DNA of 64,000 nucleotides from Eledone cirrhosa. Lineage: Eukaryota. The stretch is taken from positions 283,650,001-283,714,000 of the forward strand of contig OZ024741.1 of assembly GCA_964016885.1 (NCBI GenBank). The letters are read 5' to 3'. Position 1 is the first letter of the stretch, and each line of letters begins with the position of its first letter. Positions 1 to 14,442 of the stretch are shown piece after piece. A program made the position numbers and the translations under genes. The notes under the pieces were generated by a model, which saw only the letters and a list, made by a program, of their open reading frames with translations, had not been told where the DNA came from and ran no database searches.

Positions 1-534
1 CTTTATTTCGTACTGGTCTCGGGACTCTGATTTATTATTTCGTGGTAGTTTCTTTAGTATTTTGGCCCCCCACTTGTTGACCCGTCACCGTAAGGTATAT
101 TCGGTTGTTTACTTATACCTCTTAAAAGGGTCTCATTATAATTCCGTCCGACCTAGTAAACCTTTCTTTAGTCTAGCAGTACCAGTGAGAGACTTGATAA
201 CTGTCCTTAGGTTATAGTAACCAGAAATTGTTTTTTTTACATTTAATTGTTTTTTAACACTCGATATTTTTCTATATATTTACTCCATATTGTTTTACTT
301 ATTGTTTCGACTTCCTCCCCCTCCGCCTCCCTAGTATCTTCTTTGACCTCCTGCCCAGCTGTAGTTGGCGCTATCAACGCACGATAGGGTTTCCTCCACC
401 CCCTCTCCCTCTTTCTTCTACTGGCAGGTTCAGCTACCCCTTCCCTCCACAAATTGCCATGATAGAATTATTATGTCTCAACAACAAACTTTTGACAAAT
501 CCTTGTGACAATCACTTTTACCATATATGGAATT

Positions 535-630
535 ACCCCCTGAGAAGCTCGGCTATTCATATACCAGGATAAAAATTTTCATTTAGTCCAGAATTAGCCG
601 TCGAAACGGCTTGAGCTCAGCCGTCGGGGT
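535..630 (+). ncRNA. Hammerhead ribozyme-like motif (type I) with variant core CUGAGAA
   Basis: Stem I ACCCC(535-539)/GGGGT(626-630); core CTGAGAA; stem II CGGCTA/TAGCCG; GAAA 603-606; stem III ACGGCT-t-GAGCTC-AGCCGT; GTC cleavage triplet. Followed closely by (TA)n. Confidence 0.6.
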
Positions 631-640
631 CCTACTCGTT

Positions 641-914
<274 letters not shown>

Positions 915-1140
915 TCATCATCATCATCATCATTTCATTTTACGTCCGCTTTTCCCTGCTTGCAAGGGTGGGACGGGAACTGATTTTGGCTTGATTTCTA
1001 CAGCTGGATGCCCTTCCTAACACCAACCTCATTTACAGAGAGTGCTGGGTGCTTTTTTGCCGTGGCACCTCCACAACCACTTTGCAGTGGAATGATATGG
1101 ACCCCAGTCCCTATCATCTCATTTCTACAGCTGAGTAAAC
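915..1140 (-). mobile_element. 5'-truncated SINE with RTE-like tail (same family as 51011-51342)
   Basis: Nearly identical to about 51011-51223; (GAT)n tail abuts (TA)n; cut off at 1140 by a short (TA)n and the PLE. Confidence 0.85.
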
Positions 1141-1151
1141 TATATATATAT

Positions 1152-2960
1152 AGCGCTCTCCACTTTGGAAAACGAAACATACTTCGAAAAGGCTGAACAC
1201 TACAATCAACAGAAAATTATGAGAAACCTAAAACTCTGATCAACCAATACAAAGAAGGACTCACTCACAAGGAATTCAGCTTCATCACAGACTTCACAAG
1301 TAAATCCAGCCTTTTCTAAGGTATCCCTAAAGTACATAAAAGCGAATTAATAAGTAAGGCATGCAAGGAAGCCACAGACATAGTCATCAATGTCCCCTCA
1401 CCCAATGATCTCAAATTCAGACCTATAATAGCAGGCCCCGCTTGCGAAACCCACCGCCTTAGCAACTTCATTGATACCCTTCTCAAGCCTTTTCTCAAAC
1501 ACATTAAAAGCTATATAAGGGACGACCTAGATATGCTCAATCACCTCCCTAATATGCCACTTTCTGAACAAACCCTACTAGTGACGTTCGATGTAGTCAA
1601 CCTATACTCCAACATTCCCCACAACCTAGGAATAGAAGCTATCCAATTCTGGCTGGATAATTACCACAATGAACTCCCACAACGCATCAAAAAAGAATTC
1701 GTGATAGAAGGACTCAAATTTATCTTGGAGAACAATTACTTCGTTTTCAATAACAAACCCTACAGGCAGAAATCTGGGACCGCTATGGGAACGAAAACAG
1801 CCCCCACTTATGCCAACCTAGTCATGGGATATCTAGAAATCACCCTCTACACTAAAGTCCTAAACAAATTTGGAAAAACTCTCCACTTACACATAGAAAG
1901 GATCTGGAAGCGATATCTAGATGACTGCTTCATCCTTTGGCACGAAAACATCGAGAAACTTAAAGAATTTCACACCCTTATAAATGGGCTCAACACGAAT
2001 ATTAACTTCACGATGGAATACAGCCATCAACAACTCCCCTTCCTCGACATCCTCATTAAGATTCATAACAAAAAAATAGAAACAGACATATACTACAAGC
2101 CCACAGACTCCAAGCAATATCTTCCTTTCAACTCTTGCCACCCTAGACACGTTAAAATTAATATTCCCTACAACTTAGCCAAGAGGATCTGTACTATAGT
2201 CTCCAATAAAAACACCTGCTACTTACGGCTACAAGAACTAAAGGACACACTCATAGGCAGAGACTACCCTGCATCACTAATTGACAATGGAATCCAACGT
2301 GCCCTAAAACTCAGTACCCAGGACCTTAGACACCCTAAAGTAAATCAACCGAAACTAAAAGCTCTTCCATACATCTCCACACACAACCCCCTCAACAATG
2401 AGGCCTTTGACACCATCCTCCAGAACATCTCTGTGTTGAAAAAGGACCATAGAATGAACCAAATCCTACGAACACACGATATCATAAAGAGCAAAAGACA
2501 ATCTAAGTCAATGAAAAACATCCTAACACATGCCAAAGTACTGCCAACCACAACAACGAAACCCACAGTAAAAAAATGCCATAGACCCAACTGTGGCATT
2601 TGCATCAACCTAATAGAGGGTTTGGAATTCTATTTCAAAGAAGGACAACACAATTTCACATGTGCATCGGAAAATCTAATATATGTATTAACTTGCTCAG
2701 GTTGTCGAGAACAATACATAGGCCAGACCAAAAACAGCCTCCGCCAACGCATGGCTGTCCATAGATCCCAAATTAAAATACGGGAATACAGGAAAATACC
2801 ACTGAGTGAACACATTGATACCTGTGCCGCCCAAAATCATCCCAACTTCAGAATCTTTCCCCTCTACAAATTTAAAGATAATGCCACCCACACCCAGCGC
2901 ATCAGCAAGGAATCTTACTTTATTAACAAATACGGACCCCGTCTAAACACTTCTCCCTAA
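1152..2960 (+). mobile_element. Penelope-like element, Neptune-type (RT + Cys linker + C-terminal GIY-YIG endonuclease), 5'-truncated, one in-frame stop near 1317
   Basis: ORF 1533-2960 has DVVNLYSNIPH, SGTAMG, RYLDDCF, FLD, YYKPTD, HPRH, a CxxxxCxxC linker (CHRPNCGIC) and NLIYVLTCSGC..YIGQT..LRQRMAVH. The upstream frame continues as F*GIPKVHK...FRPIIA. Confidence 0.92.
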
Positions 2961-3175
2961 GACGAACCCACAACATACACACGTCAACATACATACCTAC
3001 ATCAGCACACATCTCTACCCACATATAAACACAATGACATACGTAAACACACATGTTCTATGGTGCAACACAAATATACACAAATTTGCATACCTTTTGA
3101 TGTCTATAGATATAAACGTGCCGACACACACACATACATAAACGCACACATGCATTGCACACTGATGGGCACATA

Positions 3176-3378
3176 CATTTTTGTGCACAGGTATGCCAAT
3201 ACGGCAAAGCCTAATGAATTCCCCTTGCAGTACGTGCAATCTGGACACACTCCAGATACATATTTGTGCACAGGTATACAATTTCTGGACACACTCCAGA
3301 TACATATTTGTGCACAGGTATTCCAATACGGCAAGGCTTAAGGGATCCCCCTTTCAGTACGTACAATCTGGACACACA
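3176..3378 (+). repeat. Short imperfect tandem repeats (TTTGTGCACAGGTA.../TCTGGACACAC) in the PLE 3' region; (CA)n tracts follow (3532-3605, 3754-3845)
   Basis: TTTGTGCACAGGTA occurs three times and TCTGGACACAC three times. Confidence 0.75.
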
Positions 3379-3751
3379 CACACTCATACACACCTTGGTA
3401 TTATGCCAATACTATATATCATTTCACACCTTTTATTATTAAGGTTTTTGATGTTCTATTGAGAGAATCGATTTTACTGAAAATATCGAATAATGTACAC
3501 CATTTTACCAGGAAAAGAATACTGGTCCACCCCCACACACACACACACACACATTCTCTCACACACACACACATATATATATACACACACACACACACAT
3601 ACACACGCGTACATTAACATACAAAGAGACATACACACACACTTCTCCGTATAAGACAAGAGCTGAAAAATATCTTTTAACATGTTAAAATATCCCCCAC
3701 TCACTTACAGACACATTCCTACTGACCATCCCTCTACCACGAATTACTCTG

Positions 3752-3848
<97 letters not shown>

Positions 3849-4351
3849 TCTTAATAGGAATTTGAACTGTCAACAGGCTGCGGTTCGCACACACATGCCT
3901 GCTGACCATTATCACAACAACGAACACTTTACTACTACTACACACACACACACGCATATTTGTTGTGAAAGAGTCATTTCTCAGTCAGCCGACACAAACC
4001 TACATTTGGCGCAAAATCAATTTTTTACATTCACATGACCTCTACCAACCAATCAAAATTGTTTTGACCACAAGAATTTTTGCAACACGAATTGGCGCAA
4101 AAGTTATTTTAATACCGCTGGAGCCACTTTTTTAACATAAAAACAGTTAAAATTCCCAAAACTAATCAGATCAGAGCAAACATCACGGACGCTCTATCTC
4201 AAAATTATTTTTGAAAAGCATTAGAAATGCGCAACCGGTAAAACTTAAAACCAAAACTAAATACTAACCAATACAATTATTAATTCTCACTTATTCCTAA
4301 TTAAACTATTTTTCACTGTGAACAATTTGTCAGCATTTTCTATTCCGTTTA

Positions 4352-4416
<65 letters not shown>

Positions 4417-4611
4417 GAGCGAAAATCGTATTTCGGTTTTGGAATTAGCGAAAAACAACTTCCGAGATGCGTGGCAAGTGCTCAATAAATATGATGAACC
4501 AGAGCTACAACATACGTTAAAAGGCCAAACACACTGAGACGATGGTTAAACCATTATCCGCACAGCCATAGAAACGACCAAGTAATTCGGGTCAAACAAA
4601 TAAAAAAATAT

Positions 4612-4810
<199 letters not shown>

Positions 4811-4857
4811 GTATATATATATATATGTATATATCTATATCTATATATATATATACA

Positions 4858-4948
<91 letters not shown>

Positions 4949-5365
4949 TATTATAAATCATGTCTACAGAATTATTAGATAAACAAAATATATACTCCAT
5001 TTCCTCTGCCAAACAGCACAATCAACCATATAAAAAATCAATTATATTAAGCCATAAGGATAAAAGCTCCTATGAAGAAATCTCCGACAAATAAACGAGA
5101 GTGGCTTCTTCGCGGTATCCACAGCAGGTTATTTATCCAACATTTCGACAGCATGCATAAATCGACCAAGTACATAATTAACCATATGCAATTCGGTGTA
5201 AAATCAAACATAGAAGAACTGTGTACATACCGGGATATAGTTACGTATATATACATATATATATATACACACATATATATATATATATGTATATAAATAT
5301 AAGTATGTACACGTACATTCATATATGTATACAGATATACGTTCAACCATCTGGCAGGAAGGTAT

Positions 5366-5408
5366 ACGTTGCTGACGATAGCTAATAAGCTTGAAACTAG
5401 TACAGCGT
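5366..5408 (+). ncRNA. Minimal hammerhead ribozyme (type I)
   Basis: ACGTTG-CTGACGA-t-AGCT-aata-AGCT-t-GAAACTAGTA-CAGCGT: 6-bp stem I (one G.U), complete core, palindromic stem III (ACTAGT), GUA triplet. Confidence 0.85.
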
Positions 5409-5661
5409 TCCTTTGTCAGTGTTGAACAAATGCGCAACGATGGTTGCTAGACACTGTACGGCTTAATTCGGGATGTTTGTTTACAAACACACCGAGCATT
5501 ATAATAAATGTGCGGTGAATCCATACGTACATATATATATGTGTGCACGCATGTATATATATATATACATACTACTGTACGTCTGTATACATATATGTAT
5601 GTACGTGACAGCCGTACTAAGAGTGAGAAATGAAATTTCGTTTCATTTTTTCCGTTTATGT

Positions 5662-5774
<113 letters not shown>

Positions 5775-5915
5775 CATATATGATCACCATATCGATCGTG
5801 ACTCGAGCTTGTCGCCCGAGAAACATTTGTAATATGTCCAATAAATTCCTTTCGTCGCAACACTGATTCTCTTTTTTCTGTGATATAATACTCTGCCCTA
5901 CGAGGGCATTGAGTG

Positions 5916-6007
<92 letters not shown>

Positions 6008-6304
6008 AGATTTCAGGTTATCAATAATGTAGTGATAATATATCGTCACGTTAGAGATGAACAGCGTACGAGTATAAATTATATTCCGGAGAAAATGTAG
6101 AAAAGATGAATATAAAATGAAAGTGCTTTTTTAAAAAGGAATTTATTAGGTATTGACATATGTTTCTGTAACAGACGGAATAACTATGTATCGCTGCTTG
6201 CGTAATCATACAATGTTAGCAAGTATTCGAGAGCATATATGTATATGTATATATATATATATATGTATATACATATATGTTTATATATATATATACATAT
6301 ATAT

Positions 6305-6391
<87 letters not shown>

Positions 6392-6452
6392 AATATATAC
6401 AAATATATATATACAAATATATACATATATATATATATATACAAATATATAC

Positions 6453-6500
<48 letters not shown>

Positions 6501-6509
6501 GTATATATG

Positions 6510-6548
<39 letters not shown>

Positions 6549-6575
6549 GTATATATATTTATATATATATATATG

Positions 6576-6609
<34 letters not shown>

Positions 6610-6612
6610 TAT

Positions 6613-6645
<33 letters not shown>

Positions 6646-6648
6646 CAC

Positions 6649-6680
<32 letters not shown>

Positions 6681-6681
6681 G

Positions 6682-6762
<81 letters not shown>

Positions 6763-6811
6763 ATATATATATGTATATGTATATATATATATACACATAT
6801 ATATATATATG

Positions 6812-6906
<95 letters not shown>

Positions 6907-6919
6907 GTATATATATATA

Positions 6920-6978
<59 letters not shown>

Positions 6979-7069
6979 GAATATTTTATATATAACTTTG
7001 AAATGTTTTGGCCAGTATTGGCCCAGGCCATGTCTAATTTAATAGCACCACCTGGCGAAGTCTTTCAAT

Positions 7070-10000
7070 TCAGGATTTGGGCACCATGGCCCATTCGAGA
7101 AGAGAATTACTGTTTGCGGAGACATATCCGGGTGTGGGTGGTTTGTCCGGGATTACTTGGAGGAATTTGTCCAAAGACTTCTTGAATTTTGTGTGGTCAG
7201 TTTCTGTTTTGACGTGTCCTGGTGTGATGTTGAAGAGAGCAGGGCCGATTGAGGTGAAATAATTGTGCCGTATTGTTGTTATGAGTTGCGATTTAGATTT
7301 TTGAATGGGACGGATAGCACGGGGCCCAAGCCTTGGGTGTATCTTGAAGGCGATGCCAACATCATTTGGGAAGTGATGATGGAACATTTTCCACATCATG
7401 CAGATAATATAACGCTCACGGCGACGTTGGAGTGAGTAAAGTTTCAGGTTTTCTAATCGACCCCAGTAGTCAAGGTCTGACATGCCATCTATCTTTTTCG
7501 TGATTGCCCTTTGAGGAGCTTCAAGTTTCATGATACTTTGTTTCGTGTGGGGAGACCACAGTGGACAACAGTATTCAAGGTGTGGTCGGGCGAAAGTAGA
7601 GAAGAGAAGGATAATGGTGCGGGAATCTCTCGACTGGAAGGTTCTGAGGATCCAGGAACACATTCTGCGGGCCATGTCAACTTTGCTGCTTATATGCGTG
7701 GTCCAGCTTATGTTGCTGTCCACGGTTACTCCCAAGTCTCTGATGTTGTTAGATGCCACGAGAGTTTCCCCGGAGGGAAGGGAGTACGGGAGTTTCAGAG
7801 CATCCTCTTTTCCAAAGTGGATCAGTTCGAATTTGTCTTCGTTCAGTAACATGTTGTTCTTTTCTGCCCATTGGGTAACAGCCAGTAGGTCTGACTGAAG
7901 GCTTATCCGGTCATCCACGCCATTGATGACCTTTTGGAGCTTGGAATCATCAGCGAAAATTTTAATGTTGCTGTGTTTGATGATGTCAGTGATGTCATTA
8001 ATATAGATGATGAAGAGAAGTGGGCCCAACACAGTGCCTTGTGGGACCCCACTACTGACTTTGGCTGGGCTTGATTTGACTCCCTCAACTACAACATGTT
8101 GGGTTCTGTTTGACAGGAAGCTCTTGATCCACTGCAGCAGCTTTCCAGTGACACCAATATTGGACAGCTTTCTCAGTAGAATGTTATGATCAACCCTGTC
8201 AAAGGCCTTGCTGAAATCAAGGTAGATAACATCAGTGTTGGAACCCTCTCCCAAGGCTCTCAAAATGTCATCAAAGTGATGCAGTAGCTGCGTCAGGCAA
8301 TCCCTTCCATTACGGAATCCATGCTGGTTGGAGTTCAGCATATTGTTACTCTCAAGGAAGTGGGTCATTCGAGATCTCACCACTCGCTCAAATACCTTAA
8401 TGATATGAGAGGTGAGTGAGATTGGACGGTAATTCACGGCAAGGGATTTGTTTCCCTTTTTGAAAACTGGGACAACAGACTGGGATAGAAGGTTTTCTGG
8501 CACATATCCAGCATCCAGTGAGTTCCGCCACAGATTGGCAAGAGGAGATGCAAGTTGGTGTTGACACGCCTTCAAGACACAAGCAGGGAACCTATCGGGA
8601 CCTACTGCTGAATTATGCTTGATTTCCTTTATTGCCGCCAAGACATCAGGGGCGCCAAACGTTATGTCCGATAAGGTGTAATGGGGAGTAACATCGCCGA
8701 TACAGCCCAGATCGGCCATATCAGGATTGCTGAAAACAGAGCAGTATTGTTTCTGCAGTATCTCACCCATGGTTTTAGCATTGTCTTGAAGAGTGCCATT
8801 TTCATCAATTAGAGGGCCAACAGTAGAGCCAGTGATTTTGTGTTTTTTTGCAAATGAAAAGAACACTTTGGGATTGAGTTTGATCTTCTCAATGGCCCAG
8901 GCCTCTTCAGCTCTTCTCTGATTGTTGATGAGGGACATTATGTTGTTTTGGAGGTTATGTTTTTTAATCTCTAGTGATGAAATGGCAGTCAAGTTGATGT
9001 GTTGCTGCTGACAGTATTTCAGCTTGTTGATTTTTTTGTTCGTTCTCTTAATTTTTCTGATGAGCGTTTTTCTATTTCTAGGGATTCTGCTCTTAGATTT
9101 GTTTATAGTTCTTAATGGGGTGTGTTTAGCACATATGTTTGTAACTGTCCACAAATGTCTGCCAGGACTTTTTGATGTTAGTGGGTGTATGAGTGTGCGT
9201 GAAGGACCAGTCGACATGTGCAAGATCATGACTGATCGCTTCCCAGTTTGCATTGTGGAAATCCATAGCGTCAAACGGATGGACAGGAGAGATGACATTG
9301 GGTTTGTATATTGGACGGTGGAATCTCAGATCACAGAGAACCATGTCATGATCAGAGAGTAGAGTTTTCTCCACTGCAATATTGTGGATATTGTCAGTGT
9401 GATTGCTGAAAATTAAGTCTAGGACGTTTTTGTGGCACCTCGTTGGTTCGAGCACCAGTTGGGATAGGAAGAAATCATCCATGAAGTCAAGAAGCGATTC
9501 CACAGCTTCCCTGTCAGAGGTTGAGGCAGAAGAACCTGGTGGCAGGCTGTTTGTGGACCAGTCAACTCCGGGGAGGTTGAAGTCCCCCATCATTAAGATG
9601 TTGTCAGGGTGACACTCTTGGATGAAACACTTTATGCTGTTGAGGCATTCCTTGAAGCATGGTACAGGCGTTTGGGGTGGCCTATAGAGCCCAACTACTA
9701 ATAGGTTGTTGGTTTGACTGAATACAGTGACTGCTTCACAGTATCCATTAGTGAATATGTTCATAGCCTCTGTTGAGAAAGAATTATGGACATAAATGGC
9801 AGTTCCGCCCTTTCTTCTGCCAGCGCGATCAGCACGGATGGCTTTGAAATTTTTCACTTTCACCTCGGCTTCCAAGTGGAGGTTACTGAGATGGGTTTCA
9901 GTGAGGACGAAGAAAGGGATGTGGTTTGGATGGACATCAATCCAGTCCTCCAGGAATTTGATCTTCCATTTTTGAGTATTGGTGGAAGGGCTGATGCCTT

Positions 10001-10088
10001 GGGCGTTAAGCAAAAATGTAGAGGCGAGAGTGGATGGTTTTAATTGTTTTGGTGTGTTGTTAATTTGTTTGTTTGTTAATGGCAGCAA
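7070..10088 (-). CDS. LINE ORF2: APE endonuclease + reverse transcriptase, one frameshift near 9147
   Basis: APE motifs LNAQG, LTETHL, LYRPP, MGDFNLP, LDLIF, SDH. RT motifs [38 protein letters not shown]1-type end [11 protein letters not shown]. The frames join as ...[17 protein letters not shown]. Confidence 0.9.
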
Positions 10089-11086
10089 TGGGAGTTTGTG
10101 CAGTGGGGTGATAGTGGAGGGTGGTGCTGGGTGATAGCTCGAATGTTTTTTGCCAGTTCTTTTGCCAGATTCATTATGGCTAAAAAAGAGGAAGAAGTTT
10201 CCTGTTTAGAAGACTGTTGGTGACTGTGGTAGTGGTTATTTTTATGTAGGTTATGGTTTTTGTTTTTGCTTTTATTTTTAATTTTATTTTCATTTGTCCG
10301 ACGGGTCCCCGGGAGATGGGTAAAGGGACAATCCCGGTCTAAACACAATCTGTCTCGCAGGGAAAAACGGCAGATTTGTGGATTCCTTGTTTGAGTTATT
10401 GGTGGTTGTGTTGGTGTTAAATTAGAGTATGTATTATGGTGGTGGCTGTTTGTGGGGATAGATCGTTTTGTCCTAGGTAAATGGGTGAATTTGCAGCCAC
10501 TATCCGTACATATTCTATAGCGTAGAGAGTAGCGGCAAATGATGGGGTTTCGAGTGGGTGGGTATGTGGGTGTGTGTGTTGTGAGAGGTGTAGATGATGG
10601 TTTGGGTAGGATTTGACGACCTTTGTGGACTGTGGGAGGGAGAGTTCTTGTTCTGGTATTAGAAGGTAAATTCCTTGACATAGCAGTAGACAAAAATGTT
10701 GTAGTAGTAGTAGTAGTAGTAGGCAGAGATGTTGGCAGTGGTGATGATTGGACTGCTGGGCCAGAGAAAGGATGTGGCGTTTCATGCTGTGAGACAGAGG
10801 CTACTGGGGGGTCAATAGTTTCATTTAGTAGATCGGCCATTGTTGATGAATCAAGGAGTGGTTCACACTGTTGTTGTTGTTGTTGTTGTTGTTGCTGTTG
10901 TTGATGTTGTTGTTGTAGCTGTTGTTGTTGTTGCTGTTGTAGCTGCTGTTGTTGTTGTTGCTGCTGCTGGACAGCATTCGAAGAGAAAACACACCGTAGT
11001 TTATCCAAATGTTTATTGATTAATTTAAAAGCAATTTCGATTTGCTTTAATTTATTTTGAATCTGTTGTTCAGATCGAGTTTTCAA
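10076..11086 (-). CDS. LINE ORF1 with coiled-coil-like N-terminus, polyQ tract and two CCCH zinc fingers
   Basis: CRYSLRYRICTDSGCKFTH and CRFSLRDRLCLDRDCPFTH (C-x8-C-x4-C-x3-H); directly upstream of, and overlapping, ORF2. Confidence 0.8.
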   Translation of the reverse strand: MKTRSEQQIQNKLKQIEIAFKLINKHLDKLRCVFSSNAVQQQQQQQQQLQQQQQQQLQQQHQQQQQQQQQQQQCEPLLDSSTMADLLNETIDPPVASVSQHETPHPFSGPAVQSSPLPTSLPTTTTTTTTFLSTAMSRNLPSNTRTRTLPPTVHKGRQILPKPSSTPLTTHTPTYPPTRNPIICRYSLRYRICTDSGCKFTHLPRTKRSIPTNSHHHNTYSNLTPTQPPITQTRNPQICRFSLRDRLCLDRDCPFTHLPGTRRTNENKIKNKSKNKNHNLHKNNHYHSHQQSSKQETSSSFLAIMNLAKELAKNIRAITQHHPPLSPHCTNSHCCH

Positions 11087-11236
11087 AAATTGAACTGTAC
11101 GTTTAGCAATGTCGTTCAGAGATGAAGCATCTATATCTTCTGTTTGGGAAAGGCAATGCCATGTGTTTATTAGAATGTCGATTTCATTATCAGACCAGTT
11201 CTGTTTGGATTATATATGTATATATATGTATATATG

Positions 11237-11267
<31 letters not shown>

Positions 11268-11277
11268 GTATATATAC

Positions 11278-11329
<52 letters not shown>

Positions 11330-11406
11330 ATATATATGTATATATATATGTATATATATATGTATATATATATAGATGTATATATATATATATATGTATA
11401 TATATG

Positions 11407-11497
<91 letters not shown>

Positions 11498-11578
11498 ATA
11501 TATATATGTATATATATATATGTATATATATATACATCTATATATATATGTATATATATATATGTGTGTATATATATA

Positions 11579-11677
<99 letters not shown>

Positions 11678-11692
11678 GTATATATATATATG

Positions 11693-11748
<56 letters not shown>

Positions 11749-11776
11749 TATATATATATGTATATATATATATGTA

Positions 11777-13479
<1,703 letters not shown>

Positions 13480-13596
13480 CACATATATATACATATACAT
13501 ATATACATATACTTATACATATATATAATCAAGGTTTAGCAAATAAGAAAAAGTTTCAAAATAAATTTTAAAAGATTCACTGTACTCACTATGGTT

Positions 13597-13683
13597 ACCA
13601 TTACCGAATCGGTTTCGAGTCTCAAAAATAAATGGACAGTCCTTTCGGCCTTCGATTGAAAAGATAAACTCTCGTCAGAGGGT
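13597..13683 (-). ncRNA. Hammerhead ribozyme with enlarged stem II loop
   Basis: Minus strand: ACCCT-CTGACGA-GAGTTT...AGACTC-GAAA-CCGATTCGG-TA-ATGGT. Stem I has one mismatch. Confidence 0.75.
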
Positions 13684-14056
13684 TCTTTTCACTTGGCGAA
13701 TATAAAATTCCCGAGTTCAAATTAAAAACTGGCGCTATTCAAAATTGTTCCCGAGATGAAAATGAATGATGTGGAAGCAATTCTGTCCAGTGCCGTGTGT
13801 AAAGATAGAAGCAGAGGCAGGGAGGTCAGTCCACTACCACTATAAATAGCAGCAGTCAGAACGACCAAATGTGTTCTCGACCAAGAGGAGGATAATAATA
13901 ATAATGTATATATCCCTACACGCAAAAACGTCTAGGGACACATGTATTGTCCAACCATATGCCAATGTGGTTCAATGGCAGGTTAATAAATTAACGAGCC
14001 AGAACATATATAATCAAGGTTTAGATATATATATATATATATATATACATATACAC

Positions 14057-14091
<35 letters not shown>

Positions 14092-14092
14092 C

Positions 14093-14168
<76 letters not shown>

Positions 14169-14212
14169 GTGTATATATATATGTATATATATATATATGA
14201 TATCATACTCTG

Positions 14213-14367
<155 letters not shown>

Positions 14368-14368
14368 C

Positions 14369-14399
<31 letters not shown>

Positions 14400-14442
14400 G
14401 CAGAGTAAGATATCACATATATATATACATATATATATATAC

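Larger units (their letters stand above)
6980..11209 (-). mobile_element. Near full-length CR1/L2-group LINE (ORF1 + APE-RT ORF2) inserted in (TA)n
   Basis: Two-ORF layout; (TA)n at both ends; motifs listed under the CDS features. Confidence 0.93.

Noticed and set aside
4530-4600. CTGAGAC...ATGGTT/AGCCAT-a-GAAAC HHR-like string
   Set aside because: Core is non-canonical and no convincing stem I or stem III/NUH can be formed.
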